This document shows, piece by piece, positions 22,531 through 34,770 of a stretch of DNA of 64,000 bases. Origin of the DNA: Glycera tridactyla. Taxonomy: Eukaryota. The notes under the pieces were generated by a model, which made no database searches, was not told where the DNA came from, and saw only the letters and a program-made list of their open reading frames with translations. Made by a program: the position numbers and the translations under genes. Position 1 is the first letter of the stretch; every line of letters starts with the position of its first letter. The stretch spans positions 45,198,001-45,262,000 of the forward strand of contig OZ286472.1 in assembly GCA_965644265.1 (NCBI GenBank). The letters run 5' to 3'.

Positions 22531-25500
22531 CTGAATAAGATAATGCTCAGTCTCTGTTTGACATGTCCCAGGTAATGTCCGTGAATGTTTCGTGCCGGCA
22601 CTGGGGCACGTGAATGCATGTTGCCAGGTGAGCATGGTCTGCAACACATGTGCCGACTACAACTTCATGACGGAAGGCCACAGGTGGCGACCATGACTCA
22701 ACGTATGCCTTTATAGCGTCGAGCCCNNNNNNNNNNNNNNNNNNNNNNNNNNNNNNNNNNNNNNNNNNNNNNNNNNNNNNNNNNNNNNNNNNNNNNNNNN
22801 NNNNNNNNNNNNNNNNNNNNNNNNNNNNNNNNNNNNNNNNNNNNNNNNNNNNNNNNNNNNNNNNNNNNNNNNNNNNNNNNNNNNNNNNNNNNNNNNNNNN
22901 NNNNNNNNNNNNNNNNNNNNNNNNNCATCATATTCATCATATTCTTCATATTCATCTTCGTCTTCGGTATCGCCGTCTTCGTTCTCGTTACCGCCACCGA
23001 CACCTCGTCGAAAAAGGGGACCACCACCAATCATGTGTGCTGTAATATATTTGATCTATAGGTGGGGTCTGGTTCTGATATACTGATGCTTGTCTATGTA
23101 TCATACGTAAGAAGGTTCACCGCGTACACTTACGCCAGCCATCCCATCAATACAACTAGCCCTTGTTTATGAACCCCATCTCCTTCCCTAATAGAATGCC
23201 TGCCTTCTCATATTATTGCCTACTGGATTGGGCGCCATGCTCAGCCCTCTATAAACAAACAAGAACTCCATCCCCCATCCGCCATACCCATTGGTGCTGA
23301 ATGATCGCCAAGATAACTAAGGTGATGTTTCACCAAAGTTCACTCGATAACTCAAGTTTATACACAAGATATTCTGCAATGGATTCAGTTATTGGTGGAC
23401 CTAAATTTCGGTAAGGTATTCCGGTAGTCGCAGCAGTGGCAGTACCAGCGTCGGTGGAAATATTTCATCTTCCATTCATCCAAAGACTAGTCATAAAATC
23501 ACCCGTGATGCCTTAAAAGTTGCTGTGACTAAACTTCTGTATGATCATTTCGTAAGTGAGTTTTGAAGACGCAAATAATGATTATGGTTGTAATAGGAGG
23601 GGAACAAGACGGGAAGGATGACAAGGACAAGGAGGACAAGGGCAAGGGCAAAGAACATGAAGAATGCTGTGCATTGCTAGATCAAAGGGGACCCGACATA
23701 AACGAGTGGCGGTTCATCTATTTGTATACATGATCTATTTATTTATACACAGCGGTCGACATCTGTACCTCGATGTGTACCACAGTGGTGAAGCTGTATT
23801 ATCCAGAAAGATAACAAATCATCTACAATGATCTGCTTGTGCCTGAAAATGACTCAACAGTCATCTCAGTACCCTAAATTGAAAGAATATTCCTATTTGA
23901 CTCACTCCTGCTTACCATCAAGGAAATGTGACGGAGTTGTGACATAGTTCACCTCTCGTCTGTTTATCGCGTGGAGCCATAGGCCGGAGTCATAGTATAT
24001 TGGGTGACAAACGGGAGATTTTCTTCCATGTGATAAGATTCGACTTTCTGTCCGATTTAAGAGTATGTCAAGAACGTCCAAACAGCTGCATTCACTGTAG
24101 CGCCCCCTGGGAAGTTAGTTCTCAATCGTCTTTCAACATTCTTGAGCATTTGCTGCCACGATCTAAATCATATCACAATACGCAAACACTGGGGAAGCAT
24201 GGATCATTTTTTGTACAGTTATCAGACATGGTTCATTCACTGTAGCTTTCTTGGTAAAATTCTTCGATTTTTTTAACTCGACGGAAATATCTGGACATCT
24301 GGTATGTCACATGGTGTTCATTGAGTTCTGAAAATCCCGCATCAAAACATGGATTGGACATCGAGCAAATACCGATGGTACCTTCAATATTTTCAGGGAG
24401 TAGTTAGCAAATCCGTTGGCGGTAAATTGCACAGACTACGGCAACTCCGTAACACGTGGATAATACCCGAAGGTATGCTAAAAATATTACGCAAACCATG
24501 CACATGCCGACTGTCTGGAGCACAGACAAGATCTATTTCAAGGTAAATCAACACTCACTATCAGATCTTTTCGCGTCATCTTGTCTGGTAATTCCACGTT
24601 GGTCGCAGAAAAGGACGACGACATAGGTGTACTCCTGATGGGAGGCGGATCAGCTACAGAAGCTGGCTGGATGGAGGGATTAGCGGGGCCGAAGCCGGGC
24701 CCGGGTCCACACAGGGATGATCCAGTTGGATGGGTCCCCCTGAATTGTTTTAGCGCCGGTCTAACCTCTCATCGGCTACCCCGATGGCTGGAGAAGTTTT
24801 GTGGAGCGGTGCAAGATCGGGTGCCAGGCGTTGCTTAGTTGCCTCCTTGCCGGCTGCCGACATAAATTGTTGCCTCCTGCCCACCTCTCTCGCACGGCTT
24901 TGCGTACCTTGTTGACTTGTTGAAGGTTCGGCGCAAGCCAACGTGTGCTGAACAAAAATAGAGAGAACAGGGAATTGCTGAGTCGCCGACATCCTCCAGT
25001 CTGCGGCCCGCCACACTCAACTTCAGGCGTACCAATCTTCCACGGAGATGTGCTCTCAGGGGCTTGGATATCCCACTATTCAGACTAGGAATACTTGTGA
25101 TGAATTGGACAGCTCCTAGACTACACTGAAGCAACCACCCTGCTTGTTGAAGGAAGGGTAGTTTGGCACACACCCCAACCTCGCCGCCTACCTGCTCAAG
25201 GGGAAATTCATCTTTCGACCTTTCCAAAGTACATCAAATGAAATTACACCGCTTTCTTCACTTCATCACTGAGAGCTGGGACATAGTTCACCACTGACTG
25301 GTTGCTGATATATAGTCAAAGTGGTTATACCCATTATCAGCATGTGATCGTGTATCAAACCGAATGACCAATACACTTCAAATACAGACTAAAATCGTGG
25401 TGATAATAAAGGTGGNNNNNNNNNNNNNNNNNNNNNNNNNNNNNNNNNNNNNNNNNNNNNNNNNNNNNNNNNNNNNNNNNNNNNNNNNNNNNNNNNNNNN

Positions 25501-28324
25501 NNNNNNNNNNNNNNNNNNNNNNNNNNNNNNNNNNNNNNNNNNNNNNNNNNNNNNNNNNNNNNNNNNNNNNNNNNNNNNNNNNNNNNNNNNNNNNNNNNNN
25601 NNNNNNNNNNNNNNNNNNNNNNNNNNNNNNNNNNNNNNNNNNATTATTATTATTATTATAATCATTATTATNNNNNNNNNNNNNNNNNNNNNNNNNNNNN
25701 NNNNNNNNNNNNNNNNNNNNNNNNNNNNNNNNNNNNNNNNNNNNNNNNNNNNNNNNNNNNNNNNNNNNNNNNNNNNNNNNNNNNNNNNNNNNNNNNNNNN
25801 NNNNNNNNNNNNNNNNNNNNNNNNNNTCACCATTATCATTCGTAGTAGTAGTACAGTTATCATTTTCATTTTTATCTTCTTTGATGAGAATTACATCAAT
25901 TATAATGATCAATGGGAGGATTGAGGATGAACAAGGGCTGAAGTGGCATTAAGTCTCAGTTTGCCATTGGAGAAGCTACGAAATTACTCGGTATGGTTCA
26001 AAGAGGAACTCGAATTCCGGAAGTTAACCCTGCCAACCCAAAGCTGCATCAAGAATACATCAGCAATCCCGAGACCCAATATAGTAAGCCATCACTAGGG
26101 TGTTTCATACTTTCACTTTTTCTTTGGATCAATAAGCTGAGTCACAATGGCGAGCGGCTAGGGGTCCTTAGCACACATATAAGATTTCAAAAATAAAAAA
26201 TGAAGTTAACATGGTGAGCCTGGCCCACCAATAATTGACACATATTATATGACAAAATCCTTATATGAAAAAAATCTATTTTCACTTACAGGCAGGTTTG
26301 ATGGCTCATTTTGTGGGGATTATTGTGCTGAACAAGAATAATATAACAATATATAACCTAAAATCAATATTTTGTATTCAAATTTGGCTATTGACGAAAA
26401 TACAATGGGTAGATTTTTCAATGTCAATATTCAATAAAAGATGAAGAAATTCTAGGACACCTCATCTTATCAAGTTGAAATGTTTTGCAATATGACTAAA
26501 ATCACCGTAGGAATCTTCATTATCATATACTAGCCAACTCCTACTTTGTCATATGGTGAAAGTCAACTAATTCATGGTGGCTATTGCCCACTTTGATCAC
26601 ATTATCTCTCCTGGCAGCATCCTGAGAAGAGTTTCATGCAAGCAACTTGGTATGTTACGTTGGAAATTTTCTAAATGTCATGATATTGGCAGGTGATATT
26701 GGGAGCCTTGGCCTAACAGATGTGTATTCTGCCAGTCATCATGATAGACACCAGTCCTGAATAGGGTGTACCAACTGAGGCCAGAGCACGTGATCGCTGT
26801 AATTTGTCCATGTTGTCCATGACTGACTAGATCGAGATCAATATTTGTTCATCAGTGTGCCTTCCCTGAAAAAAAGAACACTGTCTACTGCAAAGAGACT
26901 GGTGGAATCAAATGAATAGTATTATTCGGTACAGAGTATTGTTTATATTCCCAGAGGGATATATGATGATGGCCTATGGGAATTAGTGAAATGGTGACTC
27001 AGAAAACCCACATGAGTAAATGTTGGACACTGGCGTGCCGATTGATATAGGTAGGCCCGACATGTGCAATCACAGGGAGCATTTAGTTTACCTAGCATTT
27101 CAATAAAGCAGTGTTCATGTCGGTCAATTTGTCTGCAGACTCGAACACATCAAAAACAACTGATACCAATTCATGTTGATTGGACGGTTTCAATTGGCGG
27201 GTGGGTTTGGTAAAATGCCAACAAGTTTGAAGTGACAAATCATGTTTTCCGGCGACGGACATCTTCCAACTTCATACCTACATATCCTACACAGATTTCC
27301 CTCAATCCCTTCTCTGTCTATACCCGAATTTCAACAGAAATGTAGTAATCTGGTGACTGCGAGCACATATCTAGCATACTACCTCATTGATGTACGTTGA
27401 TACAAGAGATGTGCGATGAGGCAACCTTGTGTGCCAGGGGCCAACATTTAAGGTTCGCAGCCATGGTTTTTCGGGTCATAGATCTGTTAAGGTGTGTCAA
27501 GCAATGTCTTGGATGGATATTTGAACATCTGCAGCGGAATATATCACTTCGGGGTGAGGCTCTAGAGCACAATATCCATGCTGGTGAGACCCTACGCTTT
27601 GACGCTGTACACGGTCAATAGCTAATATCGAGTCACCAATGATGCTATGAAGATGGTGTGAAAAATGCGCTAGCTTGAGTTATGGGCTCCAGCCCACGAA
27701 CTCAACATACATATGAAGACAATCACACCTTCGAAGGCCTTTTTGGACCTTGATAAAAATATGTCACTGAAATCCAGCTCTAGGCATCCCCAATATGTAT
27801 GGTATGCACAGTGCCCCTTGCCTTCAGTACTTTGAGTAATGTCGTGCTTGGCCCGTGGTGGAACAAAATAGACAAGCGACTATATGGTCAGCGTACACTG
27901 GTAGTTTTGTTGACATTTTCATGTTGAGTGAAACATTGCTGTGGATAGAGAAATTGTAACACAGATTTCCACAAGACTATCCATTATGTCATATACTAAC
28001 AGATGATATAACAGCTCTCGGCGTGTCAATCCGATATTTTGCTGTGCGGCATGGTGTGAACCGTCACCAGATTTATCTAACCCTTGGTCTATATGTAGTA
28101 GCAGTTCAGTTGCAGATCCGGAATGGAAATCGTATTCGCAATGACAACTCGTATATGTTTCTCGAGGTTCATGGGTGAACTTTGCAGCCTGATGTGGATT
28201 GGGTTCCAATTGCATTCATATTTACTCCGGAGATATCAAATTAAAGGGGCTTCTGTGTTCCAAGATAAGAAAGAAGGATGCCATGATAATAAGAGAGATG
28301 ACGAAGAGTAACTAATGTGTCAGA

Positions 28325-28460
28325 TAGCTGGATGGATGGATGGATGGATGGATAGATGGATGGACGGAGAGTAATGAAGAGAAATAGATAGACAGAGAGA
28401 CAGACAAACAGACAGACTGATGGATAGACGGACAGACATACAGACAGACGGACAAACAGA
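28325..28460. repeat. (GATG)n/(GACA)n microsatellites
   Basis: Direct observation. Confidence 0.9.
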
Positions 28461-28576
28461 ATGACTGGGGAATCAGTTATGGTGAGGTGAACGATGAAAA
28501 AAGCATGGATGAAAAGCAGACATCAAAGCGAAAATGATGAAATAAGGGGAAAAGCATTCCAATTTTCAACAGCGGT

Positions 28577-28582
28577 TTTATT
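28577..28582 (-). promoter_or_regulatory. Candidate polyadenylation signal for the large minus-strand gene (3' UTR ~2.2 kb)
   Basis: AATAAA on the minus strand downstream of an AT-rich UTR-like tract; other sites possible. Confidence 0.3.
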
Positions 28583-30803
28583 ATCGCATCAGGGTAAATT
28601 ATCATCAGCTCTTTATGTATATACATACTTCTCATTTCTCGACACATCGTACAGATATATCTAAATACCTTGCTATAAGAGAACTAACATGTACAAACTC
28701 GTATGACTGAATACATCAAAGTATATAAAAGCACCATACAAATCAATGCATACCACACAACCAAAAAAGGTTGCTTTTGTAATTCCACCTCAGAATGGAA
28801 TGAAATATACGATCGAATCCCCGCGAAAGACGATTTCGGAAAAGCACTTACAACTAAAGATGGGCTGTGATGATCGATCATAATCGCTGATTGGTTGTAA
28901 TGAACCAAGTGACGAATCATCAACTGCAAGTCATCTAGAACTACCTGCATCGTGACCAGAATGCAACATCTTGCTATTTTGGTAGCACTATGTGTGGAAA
29001 GAATTTTAAAACTGGGACGTGCCACTCAAGAACACTACCGTACCACTTTCTGGTACACAGACAATAACTGATAGTAATCAACCATCACTCAATTTGGCTT
29101 AACTGATCACCAACGGTGAAACAACCAGTCACAGCCCTATTCGCAGCGGGTCAGATGCCGATTCAAACTCGTTCCCCAATGAATATGATTGCATTGTCAC
29201 TGAACAATCGGAAACCAACATAGAGTTGAATTCCAGTGAGCGACAGTGGGCCAGACACGATGTGACAAAATGTTGGATGAATTTGAGATAATTGCGTCCT
29301 CTGACTGTTCGGGTTCACCATTTCTGATAATTCACTCTCTAAAAAACTGCACTACATTGGTATTCGAAATATATACATTACCCTTCTATAATCTGACTTG
29401 ATTTGATATACGTTCAAGCTTTACAACTCTGAAGAATTACATGATATATATTATGATTATAAACGCCCTGCCTTCCTCATCCATTGAACCCGCTTCGGAA
29501 ACACAGGAGCTGATCTTGCAAAGTGGGGACAGCGATGAAGGTGATAGCTCTACCCTGTACCTTTTCATGGCGTTCAAAGAAATATGCCATGAAATGCTAC
29601 CCATTAATATTTCTACAAGTTCAGCAACTGACGTTCACGTGGACGACCACCAGGAATCTGACCGAATGCCCGTCATATCTGTAAGACAGGTAACATCCGA
29701 TCACAAACACAATACACAATCATTAGCTAAACAGGGGTTACAGCTGCAGAGCCTAGATGAATAAAAAAAATCTGCGCATGCCTATACCTAATAAATTAGA
29801 ACCAAAACTCCAAATTTGTCTATGCAAGATAATATTAACCATTCTAAGCAAATATGCGAATGAAGCTGAGTGTCACCAACACTCAGGCAGAACAAATAAA
29901 ATGCGAACGCGCGAGGCACTTGGGGAAAAGCACAATACAGCCTTGTATAAAAGCAACGGTTGCAGTCTGGGATGGACCTTCCTTTTAAGCATCATCATTG
30001 AGCGGCTGGTTGAGATAAAGATGCCTTAGATCGGTATTCCATCCAACACTTCCTAATGGCTAATTCTCTAATGGGATCAACATGATGCGCAGTTCGAGGG
30101 CAACGTACTATCTTTGTGTAAACCGATATAAGAATAAGCAAATATTCTGTAACGACAAATACATTGCGATCTCCATAAGAAATGGATATCAATGTGATGG
30201 ACGGTTCCACTAAATATTTTTTGCTATAATCGATGATAGTTCCACAGACAGGAAACATCATCTTAGCACTTTTATTGCAACATGTTCTACTCGAAAAAGA
30301 TGATTTGACGAGATTTGAAAAAATGGTCTCGTTAAGATCTTCTTCAAACAATCGCTCATAATATTTCCCTAAAAACAATAAAAGAATGCTTTCTGAATTT
30401 GCATACGGTTTTGAATATTCAAAGCAACAAAATGGAGTCAATCATAGAGAGATGAGGCAGACATTGAATAAGCCCTTCCCAATTCACTGCATAGGACAGG
30501 TGATAAGGCACACTTCCTAGCAGAGTAGATGAAAGCTGACTGGGGATTAAGACAGAATAAAGACATACATTTGCGCATTCAAATTTTGCATGTTGGATTC
30601 GATCCGATTCAGTAGTTTTTCATGATAGCTCGGGGTTTTGTGAAAATGACAAATATCACCCATAATAATCTTTTATCCAGGAACAGAAGAGACTTAGTGG
30701 TAGGCCCTTGCGAAGTGATACCGGCAATTATTGTTGTCAATGATTTCTTGATTGTTATTGATTGTTCAGGATCCAATATAAGGGTGGGCGAGTAGATGGT
30801 GGT

Positions 30804-31040
30804 CTATTTCTTGAAGCCCTGTGCGGCCTGTGCAGCTCGCCGGAAGGCACTGATGACACCTAGTGGCTGGAGGAGACGTTTGCGGAGCTTCTCTGTTTTG
30901 TCAATCACCATCTTGTTGGCCGGATCGACATCAAGAGAATGTTTCGCCTCGATTTTACGAGCTTTGAGGAAGCCCTTAGCGATAGCATCCCCTACATACA
31001 TCGTCTCACCCGTCCTCGTGTTCTTGAATGCACCATTTTC
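30804..31040 (-). CDS. Terminal coding exon of giant plectin/plakin-repeat protein
   Basis: Acceptor ttttctgcag, phase 0; ENGAFKNTRTGETMYVGDAIAKGFLKARK...FRRAAQAAQGFKK*. Confidence 0.9.
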   Translation of the reverse strand, partial: ENGAFKNTRTGETMYVGDAIAKGFLKARKIEAKHSLDVDPANKMVIDKTEKLRKRLLQPLGVISAFRRAAQAAQGFKK

Positions 31041-31526
31041 CTGCAGAAAACGAACGGACACATAGTAAGCAATTTATTTCTTCTACCGTCATGTGACGCA
31101 CCAATGAAATACTGAAGGTTTGGTTAGGCATGCAAGTCATGAGGGGCAATCCTTGTTATGAATATTCGCAATTCCCGATGTTATAGAGATAGTGATATGC
31201 GACATATGATTTCACCAGCTGCATTTACAACTGGGGAATATCACCTAGCATACCTTGTCACCATAGTTTAGAGTAGACTTCAGCATCTATTTCGTCAGTT
31301 CACTCATTCTATTAATTCATCTATCTATGCAATCACTTGTTTCATCCACGTTAACTCATCAACCCATCCAGTAATTCATGCATGGATTCCCCCACTCGCA
31401 TTCCTTCCTGTGCTGCATTCATTGTGGATTCTAGTTCCCATTATTTCCAGTTATTTGTTTTCCATCCTTTCTCTGATATCCATTGATCTCTTTGTTCAAT
31501 CATTGTCGTTCTGATTGTTTGCCTAC

Positions 31527-31700
31527 CTTATCAATGATTCCACGCTTGACAGCCTGGGCAAAAGTGATTTGTTTCTTCTGTCCCAGGTCAACCACAGCAC
31601 GCACGGCATACGTGGTGGAGATGACTTCCGGCTCTTGTTCTCCGCCGGCTAACTCCGCATCCACCAAACCTTTCTCTATAGCATCGGCGATCAGCATCTC
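31527..31700 (-). CDS. Plectin-repeat exon
   Basis: cctgcag|EMLIADAIEKGLV...VRAVVDLGQKKQITFAQAVKRGIIDK|gtaggc; 174 nt, phase 0-0. Confidence 0.9.
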
Positions 31701-32185
31701 CTGCAGGTACATCAATCACCACCACCATCAACATCACCATCATCAGCAACAACAACAACAACAATAATGACTACACCACAAACAATGTAGCAACTGCGAC
31801 AGAAACAGCTGTGCTATCCGCCGATTTGCGCTATTTCCACATGAAGGATTCTCTATACCCTTATTGTATCTGGATATTGATTTAGATTTTATACCCTCTA
31901 ATACAGGCTTGTGTGTCAAGAGACATATCGAGGGTAATGGCCTCAGGCAATAACATGTTTCATCGTGGCGAAAATGATGTTTCAGAGGAGATCGAGACTC
32001 GAACATGAGACACATGCAAATTATGATATTACAATCACTCTTCTTGGTTCATCTGTCGACTAACTTTTCAAGAAGACCCATATCTTCAAGAAGACCCATA
32101 TCTTCGGCGGCCATATCTTCAAGAAGACCACAGCCAGTTATAGGTGGGGCCTACGTAATGGACTGTCGAGGAACGAGATACTCAC

Positions 32186-32346
32186 TCTGCGTGACTGTCT
32201 GTCAGTGAAGATTCCATGTTGACTGTCCAGGATGCCTCTACTTTCCGCATCTTTCTGTGGGAGCTTCTCTCCTGTCAGCGTATCGGTGACCGTCTTGACG
32301 TCATAGTCGCGAGCGGCGTGTCGGATTGTCTTCACAGTGATTATAC
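32186..32346 (-). CDS. Plectin-repeat exon
   Basis: ttacag|(G)IITVKT...VTDTLTGEKLPQKDAESRGILDSQHGIFTDRQSRR|gtgagt; 161 nt, phase 1-0. Confidence 0.9.
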
Positions 32347-32356
32347 CTGTAATAAA

Positions 32357-32563
32357 GTGGGTGGAGTGAGTGATTGAGTGAGTGAATGGGTGAGTGAGTG
32401 AGTGAGTGAGTGAGTGATTAAGTGAGTGAGTGAGCGAGTGAGCGAGTGAGTTGATGAGTGATTGGGTGAGTGGGTTAGTGAGTAAGTGAGTGTGTGAACG
32501 GGTGAGTGGGTGAGGAAGTGAGCGGGTGGGTGAGTGGGTGGGTGGGTGAGTGAGTACGTAAGT
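32357..32563. repeat. (GAGT/GGGT)n intronic microsatellite running into an assembly gap
   Basis: Direct observation. Confidence 0.95.
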
Positions 32564-32806
32564 NNNNNNNNNNNNNNNNNNNNNNNNNNNNNNNNNNNNN
32601 NNNNNNNNNNNNNNNNNNNNNNNNNNNNNNNNNNNNNNNNNNNNNNNNNNNNNNNNNNNNNNNNNNNNNNNNNNNNNNNNNNNNNNNNNNNNNNNNNNNN
32701 NNNNNNNNNNNNNNNNNNNNNNNNNNNNNNNNNNNNNNNNNNNNNNNNNNNNNNNNNNNNNNNNNNNNNNNNNNNNNNNNNNNNNNNNNNNNNNNNNNNN
32801 NNNNNN

Positions 32807-32945
32807 ACTTCTCCTCTCGGGATCTCTGCGTTCTTTTGAATCCCATCTTGATAAGACCCTGTGTCATGGCCGCGGATATTGGTATAGTCTCTCCAGAGTC
32901 AGGATTCACGTACATGCCTTCACCCAAATTAAGTATACCCACGGC
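32807..32945 (-). CDS. Plectin-repeat exon, 3' end lost in N gap
   Basis: gtctgcag|AVGILNLGEGMYVNPDSGETIPISAAMTQGLIKMGFKRTQRSREEK.., phase 0 start. Confidence 0.88.
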
Positions 32946-33620
32946 CTGCAGACAAAAAATAGGCAAATACATTGTCTTGTCAGTTCGTTTTTCAAAAGGA
33001 TTCGCCTGCACATAATTCTGTTCCTGGCATGATCTTCTACTCACAGTATGCCTCATAGGTGATGCCATGAATGGCGTTCACTGCGATCAATTGCACATTG
33101 TTTCGTCCTGCATGCGGCAATTCTGATCTCTTCATGGAAAACCAATGCCCGATGAACTGCACATGGCATAGATCGTTTCTTCACTTCGCTAGCGGAATGA
33201 TGTGAGCTCAGGAGTCATTGGCTCAAAATGTAGCGTTTCTGGACATGAAGCTTCTAGGAGAACTTTATATATATGATGAGTACGTCCATGATGTACATAA
33301 CTTTCTCCACTGCAGGTCCTAGTGCAGGCTTCACTGCATCGCTCCACCCCGACAGTTCCTCTGACATGTCATGCAAAATATATGTGACATGCCTAAGAAG
33401 CGATGTGGAGACCAGGATCTGAATGCTGGCTCCATCCTTTGATCATTCAGGTTTCAAAATGCCTTTCTCTTTATGGCAATTTAAAATCATGGAAATAAAA
33501 TTAGACAGATGACGTGTTTTGTGAAGGACTATCTTACTGACGATCCTGTGCGAGACAGGACGGAAGCTGAGATGAGGATGAAAGATATGAGCCCCAGAGA
33601 TGGGTTGCTTCATCACTCAC

Positions 33621-33814
33621 CTTGGCATCATCGAAGGAGATGTCGCTATCATCTCTCGGATCTCGGACAGAAAGGATCTGAATGAATTGGGTCTCTTCCC
33701 GAGACGCTTTCTCTAGTGACTCTGTCTCGGCGACTCGTAACTCATGAGCCACTCCAAACTCACCACCTTCTGAGCTGAGCTGAGCCCGGAACTCTGGATG
33801 GGCACCTACTTGAC
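33621..33814 (-). CDS. Exon starting the plectin-repeat region
   Basis: ctgcag|(G)QVGAHPEF...IQILSVRDPRDDSDISFDDAK|gtgagt; 194 nt, phase 1-0. Confidence 0.88.
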
Positions 33815-34626
33815 CTGCAGATAGAGGATGTTAGCTTAAGATACAGACATTTTCAAAATGGTATTTCACTGTATTGACACATCGTATATGTCTGAAGAAG
33901 TGCACAAATTCCACCATACACTTGATATGAATGAACCAAAGCTAGTGCAAAGTCAGCTATCTAATCCTTTGATTCACTGAGGAATCATCATCCTGGCTTA
34001 TGAATTATGCCTTAAAGCAATGGAAAAACCACCAGTATGAAAGACCTATCTGTATCATGGATTTTGATTGACTTTTTTAACATCCATCAAGTGAAGGAAG
34101 AGGAACAATCTTCTTCGGTGGTTGCTCATACGTGTCACTCTAATCAGTAGGTACTTCACTTAATTGCTAGTAATGTCGATCTGGGGGATGTCAATACATG
34201 CGAACATCACATATTGTTTGGTGGTGAAGATGTAAGTTCCGGGCTTGGACGATGACAGGTCATGTCATTTGTAATTTTGTAATAACAATGAGTCCTCCAC
34301 CACACCCTGTCCTAAATATAGATAAAGTGTTTTAGAAACTATCTGATCCCCTTCTGCTTTCTTGACAGTAAAAGTGGCTCACGAAACTTACAGTGTTGTT
34401 TATCTATGGATGGATTTCTCCCTGAATATAATGACCACAAAGCGTTGTTTTCACACATGACAGGTGTTGTACAAACCATCCATCTTTCGGGTCTGCGAGA
34501 GTGGTGCATATCGACGAAAGGGTATCACCCCTAGTGGATTTTGATAGCATATTCCAACGTAGCACGTCGATGTCATCGACATAAGGGAGGGCAAAGTATA
34601 CAGAACGAACAAAATTGAAGCAATAC

Positions 34627-34770
34627 CTTCAGATATGGATTCGATTTGTTCCTCGATGAAGCCCTCTCCATGCATACCGGCGCCGCCGGCGTAACGGAAG
34701 CCCCCCGAACCCCCAGCACCGCTCACGTTCGCCGATCCCAGCGCCCCCGATCTCACCATCGTCACCTCAT
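34627..34770 (-). CDS. Gly-rich symmetric exon
   Basis: catatag|(D)EVTMVRSGALGSANVSGAGGSGGFRYAGGAGMHGEGFIEEQIESISE|gtattg; 144 nt, phase 1-1. Confidence 0.75.

Noticed and set aside
17200-22700. YY1-like (AAAATGGCGGC, ~17203) and CTCF-like (CCACAGGTGGCG, ~22677) motifs
   Set aside because: Short motifs expected by chance in 64 kb; the CTCF match is imperfect and there is no supporting context
26160-26800. Transposon-like AT-rich segment
   Set aside because: No matching terminal inverted repeat or TSD found
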